Positions 30,100 to 39,898 of a stretch of DNA of 64,000 nucleotides are shown here, in pieces (position 1 is the stretch's first letter; every line of letters begins with the position of its first letter). A program made the position numbers and the translations under genes. The notes beneath the pieces are model-generated. The model searched no databases. It was given only the letters and a program-made list of their open reading frames with translations, and was not told the DNA's origin. The DNA is from Pseudolysinimonas sp. (GTDB lineage Bacteria > Actinomycetota > Actinomycetes > Actinomycetales > Microbacteriaceae), in NCBI GenBank assembly GCA_036499485.1, contig DASYDQ010000032.1, forward strand, positions 17,576 through 81,575. The letters are read 5' to 3'.

Positions 30100-30777
30100 A
30101 TGCGAAACAACAACTTCGATCCTCGAATCGCCGCCATGCGCGGCGCCCGCTTCCACCACGACGGCCAGGACGGGCACGATGACCACGGTCACCAGCACCC
30201 CGGCCGTGGACGTGGCGGCCGCGGATTCGGCCCCGGTTTCGGCCAGGGCTTCGGCGGCGGCTTCCCCGGTGGCTTCGGCCCAGAGATGATGCGCGACTTC
30301 GCGCAGGCATGGGGCGGCCACGGCCGTGCCCGCAAGGGCGACGTGCGCGCCGCCATCCTGTCCCTGCTCTCGGAGGCGCCGGCCACCGGCTACGCGCTGA
30401 TCAAGGGCATCGCCGAGCGCACCGACCAGGCCTGGCGGCCGAGCCCCGGCTCGGTCTACCCGACGCTGCAGCAGCTCGTCGACGAGGGCCTCGTGCGCCA
30501 GCAGGCCGCCACCGATGGTGGCAACGGCCGCACCGACTACGAGCTGACCGACGAGGGCACCGCCTACGTGGCGGACCACAAGGAGCAGCTGGATGCCGCG
30601 TGGCAGGCCTCGGGCCCGCAGCGCGGTGGCGTCGACCACGAGTTCATGGCCAGCATCGGCCGGCTCTTCGACGCGGTCAAGCAGTTCCCGCGCTCGGCAA
30701 CGGCCGAGCAGCGCACGGCGGCGACCGCCAAGATCGACGAGCTCCGTCGTGAGCTCTACAAGATCCTGGCCGACTAG
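30100..30777 (+). CDS. PadR family transcriptional regulator
   Basis: GDVRAAILSLL, PSPGSVYPTLQQL, YELTDEG, RRELYKILA. Confidence 0.92.
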   Translation: MRNNNFDPRIAAMRGARFHHDGQDGHDDHGHQHPGRGRGGRGFGPGFGQGFGGGFPGGFGPEMMRDFAQAWGGHGRARKGDVRAAILSLLSEAPATGYALIKGIAERTDQAWRPSPGSVYPTLQQLVDEGLVRQQAATDGGNGRTDYELTDEGTAYVADHKEQLDAAWQASGPQRGGVDHEFMASIGRLFDAVKQFPRSATAEQRTAATAKIDELRRELYKILAD

Positions 30778-30795
30778 CGGTTCAGCATTCCCACG

Positions 30796-30836
30796 GGCCG
30801 AGGCTCGGTACCCACGTACCGGGCCTCGGCCTTTCT
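30796..30836 (+). terminator. Intrinsic terminator after padR
   Basis: GGCCGAGGCTCGGTAC-CCAC-GTACCGGGCCTCGGCC followed by TTTCT. Confidence 0.75.
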
Positions 30837-30938
30837 CGTGCCCGGTGCCCGAAAGAACCCCGGATGTTTCCACGCGGTCAGCCGGCATCCGGACAACGCG
30901 CAGAGTCTCACCGGGTAGAGTTCTCTACGGCTCGAAAG

Positions 30939-30972
30939 TCTCTTGACATCGAACTATCTCGGCGTCGAGACA
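30939..30972. promoter_or_regulatory. Tandem imperfect palindromes upstream of sucC
   Basis: TCTCTTGACATCGAACTA overlapping TATCTCGGCGTCGAGACA. Confidence 0.5.
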
Positions 30973-31032
30973 GTCCCACCTCCTTGGGCATCGAGCCGGC
31001 CAGCTCCAGCGCCAACGGAAGAAGCAAGCAGC

Positions 31033-32196
31033 GTGGATCTTTTCGAGTATCAGGCCCGTGATCTCTTCGAGAAGTACGGCGTCCCCGTACTCCCCGGCAT
31101 CATCGCCGACACCCCGGCGGAGGTGCGCGCCGCGGCCGAGAAGCTCGGCGGTGTCACCGTCGTCAAGGCGCAGGTCAAGGCCGGCGGCCGTGGCAAGGCG
31201 GGTGGCGTGAAGGTCGCCAAGACCCCGGATGACGCGGAGGAGCTGTCGACGGGCATCTTCGGCCTCGACATCAAGGGCCACACCGTCAAGCGGGTCATGG
31301 TCGCCGCCGGCGCGGACATCAAGCAGGAGTACTACTTCTCGGTGCTGCTCGACCGGGCCAACCGCAGCTACCTGAGCCTGAGCAGCTACGAGGGCGGCAT
31401 GGAGATCGAGGAGCTCGCGGTCGAGCGCCCCGAGGCCCTGGCCCGCGTCGAGGTGAACCCCGAGGAGGGGCTCGACCTCGAGAAGGCCAAGGCCATCGCG
31501 GTTGCTGCGCACTTCCCGGCCGACCTCATCGACAAGGTCGCCCCGGTCTTCGTGAAGCTCTACGAGGTCTACACCGGCGAGGACGCGACCCTGGTCGAGG
31601 TCAACCCGCTCGTGCTCACGGGAGCCGGCGACATCGTCGCGCTCGACGGCAAGGTCTCGCTCGACGAGAACGCCGACTTCCGCCACCCCGACCACGAGGC
31701 CCTCGAAGACAAGGATGCGGCCGACCCGCTCGAGGCGAAGGCCAAGAAGCTGGGCCTCAACTACGTCAAGCTCGACGGCCAGGTCGGCATCATCGGCAAT
31801 GGCGCGGGACTGGTCATGAGCACCCTGGACGTCGTCAGCTACGCCGGCGAGAAGCACGGCCACGTGAAGCCCGCCAACTTCCTCGACATCGGCGGCGGAG
31901 CATCCGCCACCGTCATGGCGAACGGCCTCGACGTGATCCTCGGCGACGAGCAGGTCAAGAGCGTCTTCGTCAACGTCTTCGGCGGCATCACCTCCTGCGT
32001 GGCGGTGGCCGACGGCATCGTCAAGGCTCTCGAGATCCTCGGCGATGCCGCCACCAAGCCGCTCGTCGTCCGCCTCGACGGCAACCAGGTGGAGGAGGGT
32101 CGGGCGATCCTCGCGGCGGCGAACAACCCCCTTGTGACTCTGGCCACGACCATGGATGACGGCGCCGACAAGGCAGCCGCCCTCGCGAACGTTTAA
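31033..32196 (+). CDS. sucC: Succinyl-CoA synthetase beta subunit
   Basis: [42 protein letters not shown]. Confidence 0.97.
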   Translation: MDLFEYQARDLFEKYGVPVLPGIIADTPAEVRAAAEKLGGVTVVKAQVKAGGRGKAGGVKVAKTPDDAEELSTGIFGLDIKGHTVKRVMVAAGADIKQEYYFSVLLDRANRSYLSLSSYEGGMEIEELAVERPEALARVEVNPEEGLDLEKAKAIAVAAHFPADLIDKVAPVFVKLYEVYTGEDATLVEVNPLVLTGAGDIVALDGKVSLDENADFRHPDHEALEDKDAADPLEAKAKKLGLNYVKLDGQVGIIGNGAGLVMSTLDVVSYAGEKHGHVKPANFLDIGGGASATVMANGLDVILGDEQVKSVFVNVFGGITSCVAVADGIVKALEILGDAATKPLVVRLDGNQVEEGRAILAAANNPLVTLATTMDDGADKAAALANV

Positions 32197-32205
32197 GGAA
32201 CTGCA

Positions 32206-33096
32206 ATGTCGATCTTCCTCAACAAGGACAACAAGGTCATCGTCCAGGGCATCACGGGCGGCGAGGGAACCAAGCACACCGCTCTCATGCTCAAGGCCGG
32301 AACCCAGATCGTCGGCGGCGTCAACGCGCGCAAGGCCGGCACCACGGTCGAGCACGATGGCGGCGTCTCGCTTCCCGTGTTCGGAACCGTCGCGGAGGCG
32401 ATGAGCGAGACGGGCGCCGACACCTCGATCATCTTCGTGCCGCCGGCCTTCGCCAAGGACGCGATGGTGGAGGCCATCGACGCCGGGATCCCCCTGCTCG
32501 TCGTGATCACCGAGGGCATCCCGGTGCAGGATTCGGCCGAGGCCTGGGCGCACGCCAAGGCGAAGGGCAACGTCACCCGGATCATCGGGCCGAACTGTCC
32601 CGGCATCATCACGCCGGGTGAAGCCCTGGTCGGCATCACGCCGGCCAACATCACCGGAACCGGCCCGATCGGACTCGTGAGCAAGTCGGGCACCCTGACC
32701 TACCAGATGATGTTCGAGCTGCGCGATCTTGGCTTCTCGACCGCGATCGGCATCGGCGGCGACCCGATCATCGGGACGACGCACATCGACGCGCTCCAGG
32801 CGTTCCAGGATGACCCAGACACCAAGGCGATCGTGATGATCGGTGAGATCGGCGGCGACGCCGAGGAGCGCGCGGCCGACTTCATCAAGGCGAACGTCAC
32901 CAAGCCGGTCGTCGGCTACGTCGCGGGCTTCACCGCCCCCGAGGGCAAGACAATGGGCCACGCCGGCGCGATCGTCTCGGCCGGAGCGGGCACCGCGCAG
33001 GGCAAGAAGGAGGCCCTCGAGGCCGCAGGGGTCAAGGTCGGCAAGACGCCGAGCGAGACCGCCGCCCTGATGCGCGAGATCATCGCGGCGCTGTGA
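32206..33096 (+). CDS. sucD: Succinyl-CoA synthetase alpha subunit
   Basis: [26 protein letters not shown]. Confidence 0.97.
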   Translation: MSIFLNKDNKVIVQGITGGEGTKHTALMLKAGTQIVGGVNARKAGTTVEHDGGVSLPVFGTVAEAMSETGADTSIIFVPPAFAKDAMVEAIDAGIPLLVVITEGIPVQDSAEAWAHAKAKGNVTRIIGPNCPGIITPGEALVGITPANITGTGPIGLVSKSGTLTYQMMFELRDLGFSTAIGIGGDPIIGTTHIDALQAFQDDPDTKAIVMIGEIGGDAEERAADFIKANVTKPVVGYVAGFTAPEGKTMGHAGAIVSAGAGTAQGKKEALEAAGVKVGKTPSETAALMREIIAAL

Positions 33097-33099
33097 TCG

Positions 33100-33801
33100 T
33101 CACGGCTTCTTCTTGATCGTCTCGTTCCACATGAAGGCGAAGAAGTTGGGCGTGCCGTCGGTGGTGCGCACCTCGGGCGTCTCGCGCACGAACTCGGATC
33201 CCGCGGCCAGCCGCAGCAGGAAGTCCGCGAGGTCGGCCCGCGAGGTGTAGCGCCCGCTCAGGTGGTCGGTCGCCGAGACACGGTAGTCGCTGACCACCTC
33301 CGCGGTGAACAGGCCCGAGGGCCGCACGACCGTCCAGTCGAGTGCGCTCGCCGCGACGGTCGCCTCCATGGCGCGCATGTCGTCGTAGGTCGTCTTGCCG
33401 ATCCCGTTCACCACGTATGGCTGCAGCACCTTCTCGAACAGCCAGGTCTCCGTCGGATCCGGATGCACGTCCACCGCGCTCGAGCTGACGCAGGCCAGGC
33501 GGCGCACGCCGTGCTCGGTCATGCCCGAGACGATGTTGCCCGTTCCCACCGAGTAGATCGTGATGGGGTCTTTGCCGAAGGGGACGCCGAGGGTCGACAG
33601 CACGGCATCCTGGCCGGCGACGGCGGCCGACACGGCGGCGAGGTCGAGCGCGTCGCCGGCGACGACCCTGAGGCGTTCGTGCGCGAGCCCGAAGGTCTCG
33701 GGGTGCCGCGTCACCGCGGTGACCTCGTGGCCGGCGTCGAGCGCCTGTGCGGTGAGCACGCGGCCCGTTCCGCCGTTGGCGCCGAAGAGCGCGATCTTCA
33801 T
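33100..33801 (-). CDS. NAD(P)-binding atypical SDR (flavin reductase/BVR-B-like)
   Basis: MKIALFGANGGTG, DWTVVRP, SRADLA. Confidence 0.88.
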   Translation of the reverse strand: MKIALFGANGGTGRVLTAQALDAGHEVTAVTRHPETFGLAHERLRVVAGDALDLAAVSAAVAGQDAVLSTLGVPFGKDPITIYSVGTGNIVSGMTEHGVRRLACVSSSAVDVHPDPTETWLFEKVLQPYVVNGIGKTTYDDMRAMEATVAASALDWTVVRPSGLFTAEVVSDYRVSATDHLSGRYTSRADLADFLLRLAAGSEFVRETPEVRTTDGTPNFFAFMWNETIKKKP

Positions 33802-33872
33802 GAAGGTGTCCTCTACTCTGTGATCAGGAAGCCAGATAATATGAAAATCATAACATATCGAACGGGTAGTGA

Positions 33873-34340
33873 ATGAGCGAGTCAGCGCGCGACCGGAGGC
33901 GGGCCGTCAATGCGGTGAAGGAGGGCCTGCGCGAGCTGCGCACGCAGCTCGCCGCGCTCAACCACCGGGTGGGGTCCGAGGCGTCGCTGCGCGACGCGGA
34001 CCTCGACACCTTCGACCTCGTGGCCCGGCATGGGCCGATCAGCCCGAGTGCTCTCGCCAAGCTGGCGGGGCTGCATCCGGCCACCATGACCGGGGTGCTC
34101 GACCGGCTCGAGACGGGCGGGTGGATCGAGCGTCGCCGTGACGCAACCGATCGTCGGGCGATCGCGGTCAGTGCGGTTCCCGCTCGTGCGGGCGACATGC
34201 TGCGCCTGTTCGGTGGAATGAACACCGCGATGGATGCCGTCTGCGACGGCTACGACGACGACCAGCTGGCGACCATCAGCGACTTCCTGATCAAGGCAGC
34301 CCGGGCGGGGCAGGAGTCCGCCGCCGAACTCGTCCCTTAG
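33873..34340 (+). CDS. MarR family transcriptional regulator
   Basis: SPSALAKLAGLHPATMTGVLDRLE...DATDRR; divergent from the SDR gene. Confidence 0.9.
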   Translation: MSESARDRRRAVNAVKEGLRELRTQLAALNHRVGSEASLRDADLDTFDLVARHGPISPSALAKLAGLHPATMTGVLDRLETGGWIERRRDATDRRAIAVSAVPARAGDMLRLFGGMNTAMDAVCDGYDDDQLATISDFLIKAARAGQESAAELVP

Positions 34341-34349
34341 GCTCACGGC

Positions 34350-35942
34350 ATGCGCGCACGCCGACCCCTTCGCCGCCCGACGGCCCGTCGTTCGCTGGGC
34401 CGCCGCGCTGCACTGGCTGCCACGATCGCGGTCGCGGCCCTGATCCTCTCGGGCTGCACCTTCTTTCCGGGCGCCACGGGGAGCACGCAGACGGCGACGA
34501 CGCACACCGATGAGACCGTGCCATCCAACCTGAAGCGCTTCTACGACCAGAGCCTCACCTGGAAGAAGCTCAGCGGAGGCATCGACTCGACCTACGTGAC
34601 GGTGCCGCTCAGCTGGGACGACCCGACCGGCGCCACGATCAAGATCGCGGTGGCGCGCCACTCGGCGGGCTCCGGCAAGATCGGCTCGCTGCTGATCAAC
34701 CCCGGTGGCCCCGGTGGCTCCGGCTTCGACTTCGTCGATCAGGCCGTGAACTACATCGTCACGCCGGCGGTGCTGAAGAAGTACGACATCATCGGCTTCG
34801 ACCCGCGCGGCGTCGGCCGCTCGGAGCCCGCGATCACCTGCTACACCGACCCGAAGCAGGAGGACCAGCTCCTCTACGGCACCTATCCCGACGCCTATGG
34901 CACGCAGGCCTGGATCGACGATCTCACGGTGGTCGAGAAGAACTGGGCGGCGGCCTGCCTGAAGAACACCGGTCCATTGCTCGGCCACATCGACGCCGAG
35001 AGCAACGCGCGCGACATGGACGTCATCCGGGCGGTGCTGGGTGACAAGACGATGCACTACCTGGGCTACTCCTACGGCACTTACCTCGGCACGATGTACG
35101 CCGAGCTGTTCCCGAAGAAGGTCGGCCGCATGGTGCTCGACGGTCCGATCGACCCGTTGGTGGGGCAGCTCGACTCGCTGGCCACCCAGATGGCCGGCTT
35201 CGACAGCGCCCTGAAGAGCTACATGGCCTACTGCCTCGCCCAGAAGGGATGCCCGTTCACGGGCACCGTCGATGAGGGCCTGCAGCAGGTGCGCGCCGTG
35301 CTCGACGGCATCGATGCGCGCCATCTCATGGGGTCCGATGGCCGCGCCGTCGACTCCGCGACCGTCGGGACCGGCATCTCGTACACCCTGTACTCCGAGG
35401 ACAGCTGGCCCGACCTCACCACGATGTTCCAGGACCTGGCCAAGGGCGATGCCGACTCCACGCTCGAGAACGCCGACGGCTACAACGACCGCAGCGCCAA
35501 CGGCACCTACGACAACGAGACCGACGTCTATGCCGCGGTCACCTGCGCCGAGAGCGACATCGGCCACGATGGTGTGACGCCGCTCGAGGGCCTGACGAAG
35601 ATCGACAAGGCGGCGCCGATCCTCGGCAAGTACTTCGCCTACGACGACTACGCCGTGCTCGACACCGCCTGCTCGAACTGGCCCGAGCCGGTCGCCAAGC
35701 TGCCGACGACCTTCGACGCGGTCGGTGCCGCGCCGATCATGGTCGTCGCCACGACGAACGACCCGGCGACCCCCTACGCGGGCGGCGTCTCGCTCTCGAA
35801 GCAGCTGTCGAGCGGGGTGCTGGTGACGCACAAGGGCGAAGGTCACACGGTCTACGCCCAGGGCGACTCCTGCGTGGACACCACGGTCGACGACTACCTG
35901 ATCAACGGGACGGTCCCCCAGTCCGACCCGATGTGCGACTGA
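34350..35942 (+). CDS. Lipoprotein alpha/beta hydrolase (TAP-like peptidase)
   Basis: Lipobox LSGC, NPGGPGGSG, FDPRGVG, GYSYG nucleophile, DPATPY, GEGH. Confidence 0.9.
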   Translation: MRARRPLRRPTARRSLGRRAALAATIAVAALILSGCTFFPGATGSTQTATTHTDETVPSNLKRFYDQSLTWKKLSGGIDSTYVTVPLSWDDPTGATIKIAVARHSAGSGKIGSLLINPGGPGGSGFDFVDQAVNYIVTPAVLKKYDIIGFDPRGVGRSEPAITCYTDPKQEDQLLYGTYPDAYGTQAWIDDLTVVEKNWAAACLKNTGPLLGHIDAESNARDMDVIRAVLGDKTMHYLGYSYGTYLGTMYAELFPKKVGRMVLDGPIDPLVGQLDSLATQMAGFDSALKSYMAYCLAQKGCPFTGTVDEGLQQVRAVLDGIDARHLMGSDGRAVDSATVGTGISYTLYSEDSWPDLTTMFQDLAKGDADSTLENADGYNDRSANGTYDNETDVYAAVTCAESDIGHDGVTPLEGLTKIDKAAPILGKYFAYDDYAVLDTACSNWPEPVAKLPTTFDAVGAAPIMVVATTNDPATPYAGGVSLSKQLSSGVLVTHKGEGHTVYAQGDSCVDTTVDDYLINGTVPQSDPMCD

Positions 35943-35946
35943 GAGC

Positions 35947-37215
35947 ATGACCCGGCGCCTCACCCTGCTGTTCTCGGCTCTCGAGGCGCTGCTCGTCGTC
36001 GCGATCGGGGTCGCGATCCCGCTGGTTCCTCTCACGATCGTATGGGCGGCGACCTTCGGCTTCGCGCCGGACTGGGCGATCTTCTGGCGGGGCTCCGCCG
36101 ACATCTGGCTGATCGGGCACGGTGTCGATGTCACCTTCACGCTCGATCATGTGACGGCGGCCGCGCTCGGGGTCGCCGGTGCCGGCGCGCCCGTCAAGAT
36201 CACGATCGCGCTACTCGGTTTCGCCCTGCTCACCGTGCTGCTCGGCGTGCGCGCCGGGGAGCGCGTGGCCGAGACGGGTCATCGAGCGCTGGGTCTTCTC
36301 ACGGCGGTCGTGGTGTTCGGGGCCGCGTCGTCGGTGGTCACCCTGACCGCGCTGAACTCCGCCGCGCGCCCCTCGATCTGGCAAGGGGCGCTGCTGCCGA
36401 CCCTGGTCTTCGCCGTCGGGCTGCTGCTCGGAATGCTGCGCGAGGGCCGCGATCGGGCCCGGGATGCCGCGGCTCCCGCCGCGCGTCGTCGCCCGCTGCG
36501 CGAGCTGATCGCCGGCTGGCCGTCTCAGGCCCGCGCGGCGATGGGCGGAGCCCTCCGCGCCGGAGCCGCGGCCGTCTCGATCACGACGCTGGCCAGTGCT
36601 GCCGCTGTCGCCCTGCTGATCGCCGTGCACTACGCGCAGATCATCCGTCTCTACGAGGCGCTGCACACCGAGGTGATCGGCGGCGTCGCGCTGACGGCCG
36701 GCGAGCTCGCCTTCCTGCCGAACCTGGTGATCTGGGCGGCGTCCTGGTTCGTCGGCCCCGGTTTCGCGATCGGGGCCGGATCGCACGTCTCGCCGCTCGG
36801 CACGGCCATCGGTCCAGTGCCGACCATCCCGCTGCTCGGCGCCCTCCCTACCGGAGACCTGGCCTTCGGATACGCGGGTCTGCTCGTTCCCGTGGTGGCG
36901 GGATTCCTGGCCGGCGCGGCGACCCGCCCGTTCATCGTCCGCGCACTGGACGCTGCGGACGACGGCAGCGGCCCCGCCCCGTCGCACGGGCTGGCCTTCC
37001 TGGTCACGGCGATCGGCGGGGGCGTCTTCGGCGGCGCGTTGATGGGGCTGCTGGCGGCGGTATCCGGGGGAGCGGCCGGTCCGGGCCGGTTCCAGCAGGT
37101 GGGACCGGACGCCCTCGCGGTCGGACTCGCGGCCGCGCTCGAGTTCGCCCTCGCGATCGGCATCGGGATCGCGGCATCCGGTCGGCTGCCCCGTCGTGGC
37201 CGGCTTCGCCCCTGA
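35947..37215 (+). CDS. DUF6350/PerM-like membrane protein
   Basis: WLIGHG, FLPNLVIWAASW..GPGF, PLLGALP, SGGAAGPGR; typical position upstream of purN. Confidence 0.8.
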   Translation: MTRRLTLLFSALEALLVVAIGVAIPLVPLTIVWAATFGFAPDWAIFWRGSADIWLIGHGVDVTFTLDHVTAAALGVAGAGAPVKITIALLGFALLTVLLGVRAGERVAETGHRALGLLTAVVVFGAASSVVTLTALNSAARPSIWQGALLPTLVFAVGLLLGMLREGRDRARDAAAPAARRRPLRELIAGWPSQARAAMGGALRAGAAAVSITTLASAAAVALLIAVHYAQIIRLYEALHTEVIGGVALTAGELAFLPNLVIWAASWFVGPGFAIGAGSHVSPLGTAIGPVPTIPLLGALPTGDLAFGYAGLLVPVVAGFLAGAATRPFIVRALDAADDGSGPAPSHGLAFLVTAIGGGVFGGALMGLLAAVSGGAAGPGRFQQVGPDALAVGLAAALEFALAIGIGIAASGRLPRRGRLRP

Positions 37216-37349
37216 GGTGCACCGAGCACATCGGCCGCGTTCGCGCTCGCGCTCGACGCCTCCCGCCGCCTTGCCGCGATCGTCGGCACCGGGCCGGTCG
37301 GCCGCCCGGGCAGCACGTGGCGTGCCTTCGGCGCATCCGACCCGCGTCC

Positions 37350-37426
37350 GGTCGACGGATCAGGACATTTCTCGCCGTGTGAGCCCGATCGGCCGGCACA
37401 AGCCGGATTGTCCTGATCGGTCGACC
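37350..37426. repeat. Intergenic 18-bp inverted repeat (REPIN/MITE-like)
   Basis: GGTCGACGGATCAGGACA ... TGTCCTGATCGGTCGACC, 17/18 complementary, 41-nt spacer. Confidence 0.65.
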
Positions 37427-37450
37427 AGCGGCCGCCGATAGGCTCAAGCC

Positions 37451-38041
37451 GTGCTTCGACTGGTCGTCCTGATCTCGGGGGGCGGCTCGAACCTGCGGGC
37501 GCTGCTCGATGCCTCCGGCGACGCGGAGTTCCCCGCGCGGGTCGTCGCGATCGGGGCGGACCGCGACGCGGAGGGGCTGGCGCACGCCGAGGAGTTCGGC
37601 ATCCCGAGCTTCGTGGTGCCGTTCGGCGCCTTCGACAGTCGCGAGGCGTGGGGCGACGAGCTCCTCGACCAGTTGCGCCAGTGGCAGGCCGACCTGGTCA
37701 TCCTGTCGGGCTTCATGCGGCTGCTGCCTCCGCGGGTCGTCGACGCCCTCAGCCCGGCCCTGATCAACACCCACCCCGCGTATCTGCCCGAGTTCCCCGG
37801 CGCGCATGCGGTTCGGGATGCCATGGCGGCGGGCGTGCGCGAGACCGGTGCCAGCGTGATCGTCGTCGACAACGGGGTGGACTCGGGGCCTGTGCTCGCG
37901 CAGCGCCGGATCCCCGTGCTACCGGGCGACACCGAGGCGCGACTGCACGACCGCATCAAGGTCGTGGAGCGGGAGTTGCTCGTGGAGGTCGTGCTCGATG
38001 TGGCGAACGGGCGGATCGACCTGGCTGCTCCGACGCCGTAA
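37451..38041 (+). CDS. purN: Phosphoribosylglycinamide formyltransferase
   Basis: [29 protein letters not shown]. Confidence 0.96.
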   Translation: MLRLVVLISGGGSNLRALLDASGDAEFPARVVAIGADRDAEGLAHAEEFGIPSFVVPFGAFDSREAWGDELLDQLRQWQADLVILSGFMRLLPPRVVDALSPALINTHPAYLPEFPGAHAVRDAMAAGVRETGASVIVVDNGVDSGPVLAQRRIPVLPGDTEARLHDRIKVVERELLVEVVLDVANGRIDLAAPTP

Positions 38042-38047
38042 ACTGAT

Positions 38048-38158
38048 CCCGTCGCAACTGGCGTTGAGATGGGTGACCATCGGGGAGCGACGGGTCCGGA
38101 CCGCACCGTCTTGAGAAGGCGCTGTCGGGCCCTGATCGTTTCGGCCGTTCGCCTGGGC
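38048..38158 (+). ncRNA. ZMP/ZTP (pfl) riboswitch
   Basis: CCCGTCGCAACTGGCG...GATGG-GTGA-CCATCGGGGAGCGACGGG, linker, GCCGTTCGCCTGGGC matches the pfl consensus; lies directly upstream of purH. Confidence 0.9.
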
Positions 38159-38206
38159 TGAACCGGATGCTCATCCCTATCCGGTCACACCCTGAAGGAG
38201 CCGCCG

Positions 38207-39793
38207 ATGTCCGGTCCCACCATCGATCCCGCCGCCTACCGCCCGCGCGATCTCGTCCCCATCCGCCGCGCGCTCGTCTCGGTCAGCGACAAGACCGGGC
38301 TGGTCGAGCTCGCCGAGGCGCTGGCCGAGGCCGGCGTCGAGATCGTGTCAACGGGCTCGACGGCCAAGACCATCGCCGACGCCGGCCACCCCGTCACCCA
38401 GGTCAGCGAGCTGACCGGCTACCCCGAGTCGCTCGACGGGCGCGTGCGAACGCTGCATCCGCTCGTTCACTCCGGCCTGCTCGCCGATCTGCGGCTCGAG
38501 TCGCACGAGACCGAGCTGGCCGAGCAGGGCATCGCGCCCTTCGAGCTGCTGGTCAGCAACCTCTACCCCTTCGAGGCGACCGTCGCGGCGGGCGCCGAAC
38601 CGGACGCCGTGGTCGAACAGATCGACATCGGCGGGCCGGCGATGGTGCGCGCTGCCGCCAAGAACCACGCCAACGTCGCGGTCGTCACCAGCCCGGAGGG
38701 TTACGCCGACATCGTCGATGCGCTGAAGAGCGGCGGCACCACCCTGCTGCAGCGCCGTGAGCTGGCGTGCGAGGCGTTCCGCCACACGGCGCGCTACGAC
38801 GTCGCGGTGGCCAGCTGGATCGGCAACGTGCTCGCGCCCGACGACGAGGGCTCGGGCTTCCCCGGCTGGGTCGGCGCCACCTGGGATCGAGTCACCGCGC
38901 TGCGCTACGGCGAGAACTCGCACCAGCGCGCCGCGCTCTACGGAACGGCAGGAGCATCCGGCATCGCGCAGTCGACCCAGCTCGGCGGCAAGGAGATGTC
39001 GTACAACAACTACGTCGACGCGGATGCCGCGGTGCGCGCCGCCTACGACCACCCGACCCCGACCGTCGCGATCATCAAGCACGCCAACCCGTGCGGCATC
39101 GCGACGGCCGACACCATCGCCGCGGCCCACGCCGCCGCGCACGACTGCGATCCGGTCTCGGCCTACGGCGGGGTGATCGCAGCGAACCGCCCGATCACCA
39201 AGGAGGCGGCCGAGTCGATCTCGCCGATCTTCACCGAAGTGGTCGTCGCGCCGGGCTTCGAGCCCGAGGCGCTCGCGATCCTGCAGGCGAAGAAGAACCT
39301 GCGCCTGCTGCAGCTGCCCGATGGCTACGCCCGCGGCGACTTCGAGCTGCGGCAGATCTCCGGCGGCATCCTGGCGCAGCAGGCCGACACGCACTTCGAG
39401 CCCGCGCTGCAGTGGAAGCTCGTCGCCGGTGAGCCGGTGGATGCCGCGACTCTCGCCGACCTCCAGTTCGCCTGGATCGCCTGCCGCGCGGTGAAGTCGA
39501 ACGCGATCCTGCTCGCCAAGGGCGGGGCGTCCGTCGGAGTCGGCATGGGCCAGGTCAACCGCGTGGACTCCTGCAAGCTCGCCGTCGAGCGCGCGGGGGA
39601 GCGCGCGGCCGGCAGCGTGGCCGCGTCGGACGCGTTCTTCCCCTTCGACGACGGGGCGCGCATCCTGATGGAGGCCGGGGTCGCGGCGATCGTGCAGCCA
39701 GGCGGGTCGATCCGCGACGACGACGTGATCGCGGCGGCCAAAGAACTCGGAGTGACCATGTACTTCACCGGGGAGCGGCACTTCTTCCACTGA
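38207..39793 (+). CDS. purH: Bifunctional AICAR transformylase/IMP cyclohydrolase
   Basis: [53 protein letters not shown]. Confidence 0.97.
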   Translation: MSGPTIDPAAYRPRDLVPIRRALVSVSDKTGLVELAEALAEAGVEIVSTGSTAKTIADAGHPVTQVSELTGYPESLDGRVRTLHPLVHSGLLADLRLESHETELAEQGIAPFELLVSNLYPFEATVAAGAEPDAVVEQIDIGGPAMVRAAAKNHANVAVVTSPEGYADIVDALKSGGTTLLQRRELACEAFRHTARYDVAVASWIGNVLAPDDEGSGFPGWVGATWDRVTALRYGENSHQRAALYGTAGASGIAQSTQLGGKEMSYNNYVDADAAVRAAYDHPTPTVAIIKHANPCGIATADTIAAAHAAAHDCDPVSAYGGVIAANRPITKEAAESISPIFTEVVVAPGFEPEALAILQAKKNLRLLQLPDGYARGDFELRQISGGILAQQADTHFEPALQWKLVAGEPVDAATLADLQFAWIACRAVKSNAILLAKGGASVGVGMGQVNRVDSCKLAVERAGERAAGSVAASDAFFPFDDGARILMEAGVAAIVQPGGSIRDDDVIAAAKELGVTMYFTGERHFFH

Positions 39794-39803
39794 GTTCGTT
39801 GGT

Positions 39804-39861
39804 GCGCCGCCGCTCCTGCGGCGCACGCCGCGAACGCGCCGTACACGCCGCCGCGTTCGCT
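39804..39861 (+). repeat. REP-like dispersed repeat, copy B
   Basis: GCGCCGCCGCTCCTGCGGCG...CGTACACGCCGCCGCGTTCGCT. Confidence 0.75.
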
Positions 39862-39898
39862 GGGCCCCCTCATAGCAACGTCTGACAGGCTCCTGAAC

